A DNA stretch of 64,000 nt from Rhizodiscina lignyota. Its lineage: Eukaryota. Below are positions 61,693 to 64,000 of this stretch, one piece after another. The notes beneath the pieces are model-generated. The model searched no databases, had not been told where the DNA came from, and was given only the letters and a program-made list of their open reading frames with translations. The stretch lies in assembly GCA_010015805.1 (NCBI GenBank), contig ML978125.1, forward strand, positions 1,984,001 through 2,048,000, in the 5' to 3' direction. The first letter of the stretch is position 1, and each line of letters begins with the position of its first letter. Made by a program: the position numbers and the translations under genes.

Positions 61693-62647
61693 ATGCAAGA
61701 CGGCGTTGGCGCATATGTAGCGCTCCTTCGTAAGGAATCAGCATTGCGCCCAGTCAGCTTTGAAGATATGCCGGAAAACGTCAGAAAGTGGGTCATCTCC
61801 TTCCAACTTGGGCATTTTCATTTGCTAACAAAGACGTAGGTACTGGTATCACAGATATGACCTTTTCTCCAAGTACGATGAGGGTGTGGAGCTCACGTCC
61901 AACTCCTGGTTCGGAGTCACGCCAGAGGCGGTCGCGGTGTACGCATTTTTGATATCTCATTTCGCAAGCGCCGATACTAAACCTGATTTAGAAAGATTGC
62001 TCAGCACATAGGCGATTCAGTACCACCATCGAAGAAGTTTATCATCGATGCTTTCGCTGGCGCCGGTGGAAACGCCATAGCTTTCGCCCTCTCTGGCCGC
62101 TGGGAGCGAGTCTTCGCTGTGGAAAAAGACCCTGAAGAACTCAAGTGCGCCAAACAGAATGCGAAAGTGTATGGCGTGGAGAAGAAGATATCCTTTGTCA
62201 ATGGAGATTGCTTCAATATCATCAAGAACCGGTATTCGCACATGAGAGAAGAGGCTGTAATTTTTGCAAGTCCGCCATGGGGAGGTACGTACAGTTGCTC
62301 AACCATAATTGAAGGACCAGATTAATTAACGTCTAGCAGGCCCCACATATCAGGCTGAGGATATCTTCGACCTCTCCAAGATGGAGCCTTACACGTTGAA
62401 GAAACTCCACACCAGTTTCTCGAAGTACTTCTCCGAAATGGTCTTCTACCTTCCTCGAACTTCCGATCTGAATCAACTAGCTGCACTGGTAAAAGATGGC
62501 GACCAAATCCAGGCTATCCACTACTGCATGACCGGTTTCAGTAAGGTGAGTATTCTTCAACAAAATTACCGTGTCGGACCTTTGCTTACGACATGCTAGG
62601 CCCTGTGCGCTTATTACGGAGACTTCGCGGACATCCAAAAACCTTGA
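61693..62647 (+). CDS. TGS1: Trimethylguanosine synthase (5 exons)
   Basis: K|YWYHRYDLFSKYDEG..WFGVTPE..IIDAFAGAGGNAIAFA..FASPPWGG|PTY..YLPRTSDLNQL..|ALCAYYG. Confidence 0.93.
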
Positions 62648-63189
62648 TTATGCGGATGTCACACATAATGTGAGCAAATCACCTTACATGGATGTGTCGC
62701 ATCAGAAAGCCTATCTCTTCGAACAACGCATTTTCTGGGACATGTAATGCGCTCACACATCAACTGCTGAGCCGGCCTCGGGGTATCGACGGGAAAAATA
62801 GGGCGAGCATAATTGCATTTGAGAGTCAAAGGGTATCGAGTGAATTGAAGAAGAATGCAGGCACGATGGCAAGCTGTGGGGATGTGGTCTCAAAAAAGGT
62901 GGTACGGTTCCGCCTTCACCTTACTATGGTCTTGCGTAGCATGGTCTGTTTAGGAGAAGCCCTTCATGCAGCGGAAATTCAGCGAAATTCGAATATTCCG
63001 CTGTCCGTTTACTCTCTTGAACCTTGATCGCAGTGATGTTCCAAAATGTGTTCTCGAACAAAGCGAAGTTCTTCCGTCTGGGTGTCAGAGCCATTTGCGT
63101 GAGATGCGCTTTTGAGCAGCGAACGCCTTATATCCAAGACAAGCCCGATAACTGCCTCCAAAAATTACAATTGCTGCCCTCTAACGCTA

Positions 63190-63923
63190 CTAGCCCTCAA
63201 TCGGCTGGATAGGTATGGCGACCTTTGGCACATGCGAATTGGAGCCTGGATCGTGGCCAGCGGCAGTCTGCATCGGCCGGATATGCTCGTCGGTGTAGTC
63301 CGCAAGGTACCAGGACGTCGTCGGGGCGAGGTGCTTGGGCATGTGGTCGTTGCCGTGAGGCACGACAGGGGTAGCGTCCGGACCCGGGTCGACGAGAGGA
63401 CCTGAGTACGGCAGTGTTGCGGTCGCCGTGGCCGCTTGCAGCGAAGTCGAAACAGACCTCGAGACGCTCGTAGTTGGAGGGTCCTGGTGTACGTAGAACG
63501 ACTGGAAGACCGGAATATTGGTCACGTGTGCGACCGCGCCACTCGTGACGGTGACGAACGTCTGTGGAATATGAACGTCACCGCTCTGCCATTGAGGAGT
63601 GGCCCAGGACGCAGATGGTTCAATAGGGTGAGCGGCGCTACTGCTACATTAGTGCCGGAGCCAAGGAGGAGTCTCTGAACGCAAGTGCAAAGTTTGGTAG
63701 AGTGCATTGAAACAATACGAAATCCGTATTGCTTCTGTCGGCGAACAGCGCCAGACAGTTGATTTTTAAAGGCTAAGCAGTCTTCCATAGCTGCTCGACC
63801 ATGGCAGGAAAGCGCGTAATATATTGAAAGAAACATCTTCAATCGGAACTACTCACGCTGGGAGAACAAGTGCTGCAAAAGCAGACGCATAGGCCGTAGC
63901 CTTGGAGATGATTCGACTTTCAT
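63190..63923 (-). CDS. Possible small secreted Thr/Pro-rich protein; start unresolved (frameshifted, or outside the window)
   Basis: Intron 63641-63856 (GTGAGT..CTAAT..CAG) joins the hydrophobic ...ATAYASAFAALVLPA to SAAHPIEP...; the nearest ATG (63923) is out of frame. Confidence 0.4.
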
Positions 63924-64000
63924 ATTGAAGTGTTTGGAGTTGACTAGCTGTTGTAGCTTGTGATGTGTGATGTGGAGTGCGTAGAATGTCTGGCTGAGCT

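Overview
Gene-dense, intron-containing DNA from a filamentous ascomycete (Pezizomycotina; GT..CTRAC..YAG introns mostly 45-90 nt; a Eurotiomycete/black-yeast lineage is plausible but not provable here). About 27 protein-coding genes were reconstructed by hand across introns. Most are housekeeping: NOP9, TIP20/RINT1, APC2, ATE1, DDP1-like Nudix, cytochrome c, pyruvate dehydrogenase kinase, ATP5/OSCP, GRH1, TGS1, a Whi5/Nrm1-type repressor, a zinc metallopeptidase and a group II PLP decarboxylase. The accessory genes are a 2OG-Fe(II) dioxygenase head-to-head with a Zn2Cys6 factor, a BVMO, tandem F-box-like paralogues and several orphans. No canonical tRNA, rRNA, transposase or CRISPR array was recognised. 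Top candidate 1: programmed stop-codon readthrough of the PDH kinase (TAG-CAA-TCA, a downstream hairpin and 122 further open codons). Top candidate 2: a ~116-nt tRNA/vault-like Pol III RNA with A and B boxes, inside a repeat-rich 15.8-17.4 kb island. Also notable: a possible poison exon and alternative C-terminus in ATE1, and recognisable cis-elements (CBC:HapX site at cytochrome c, MCB cluster at the G1/S repressor). All calls come from reading the sequence; no database search was run.
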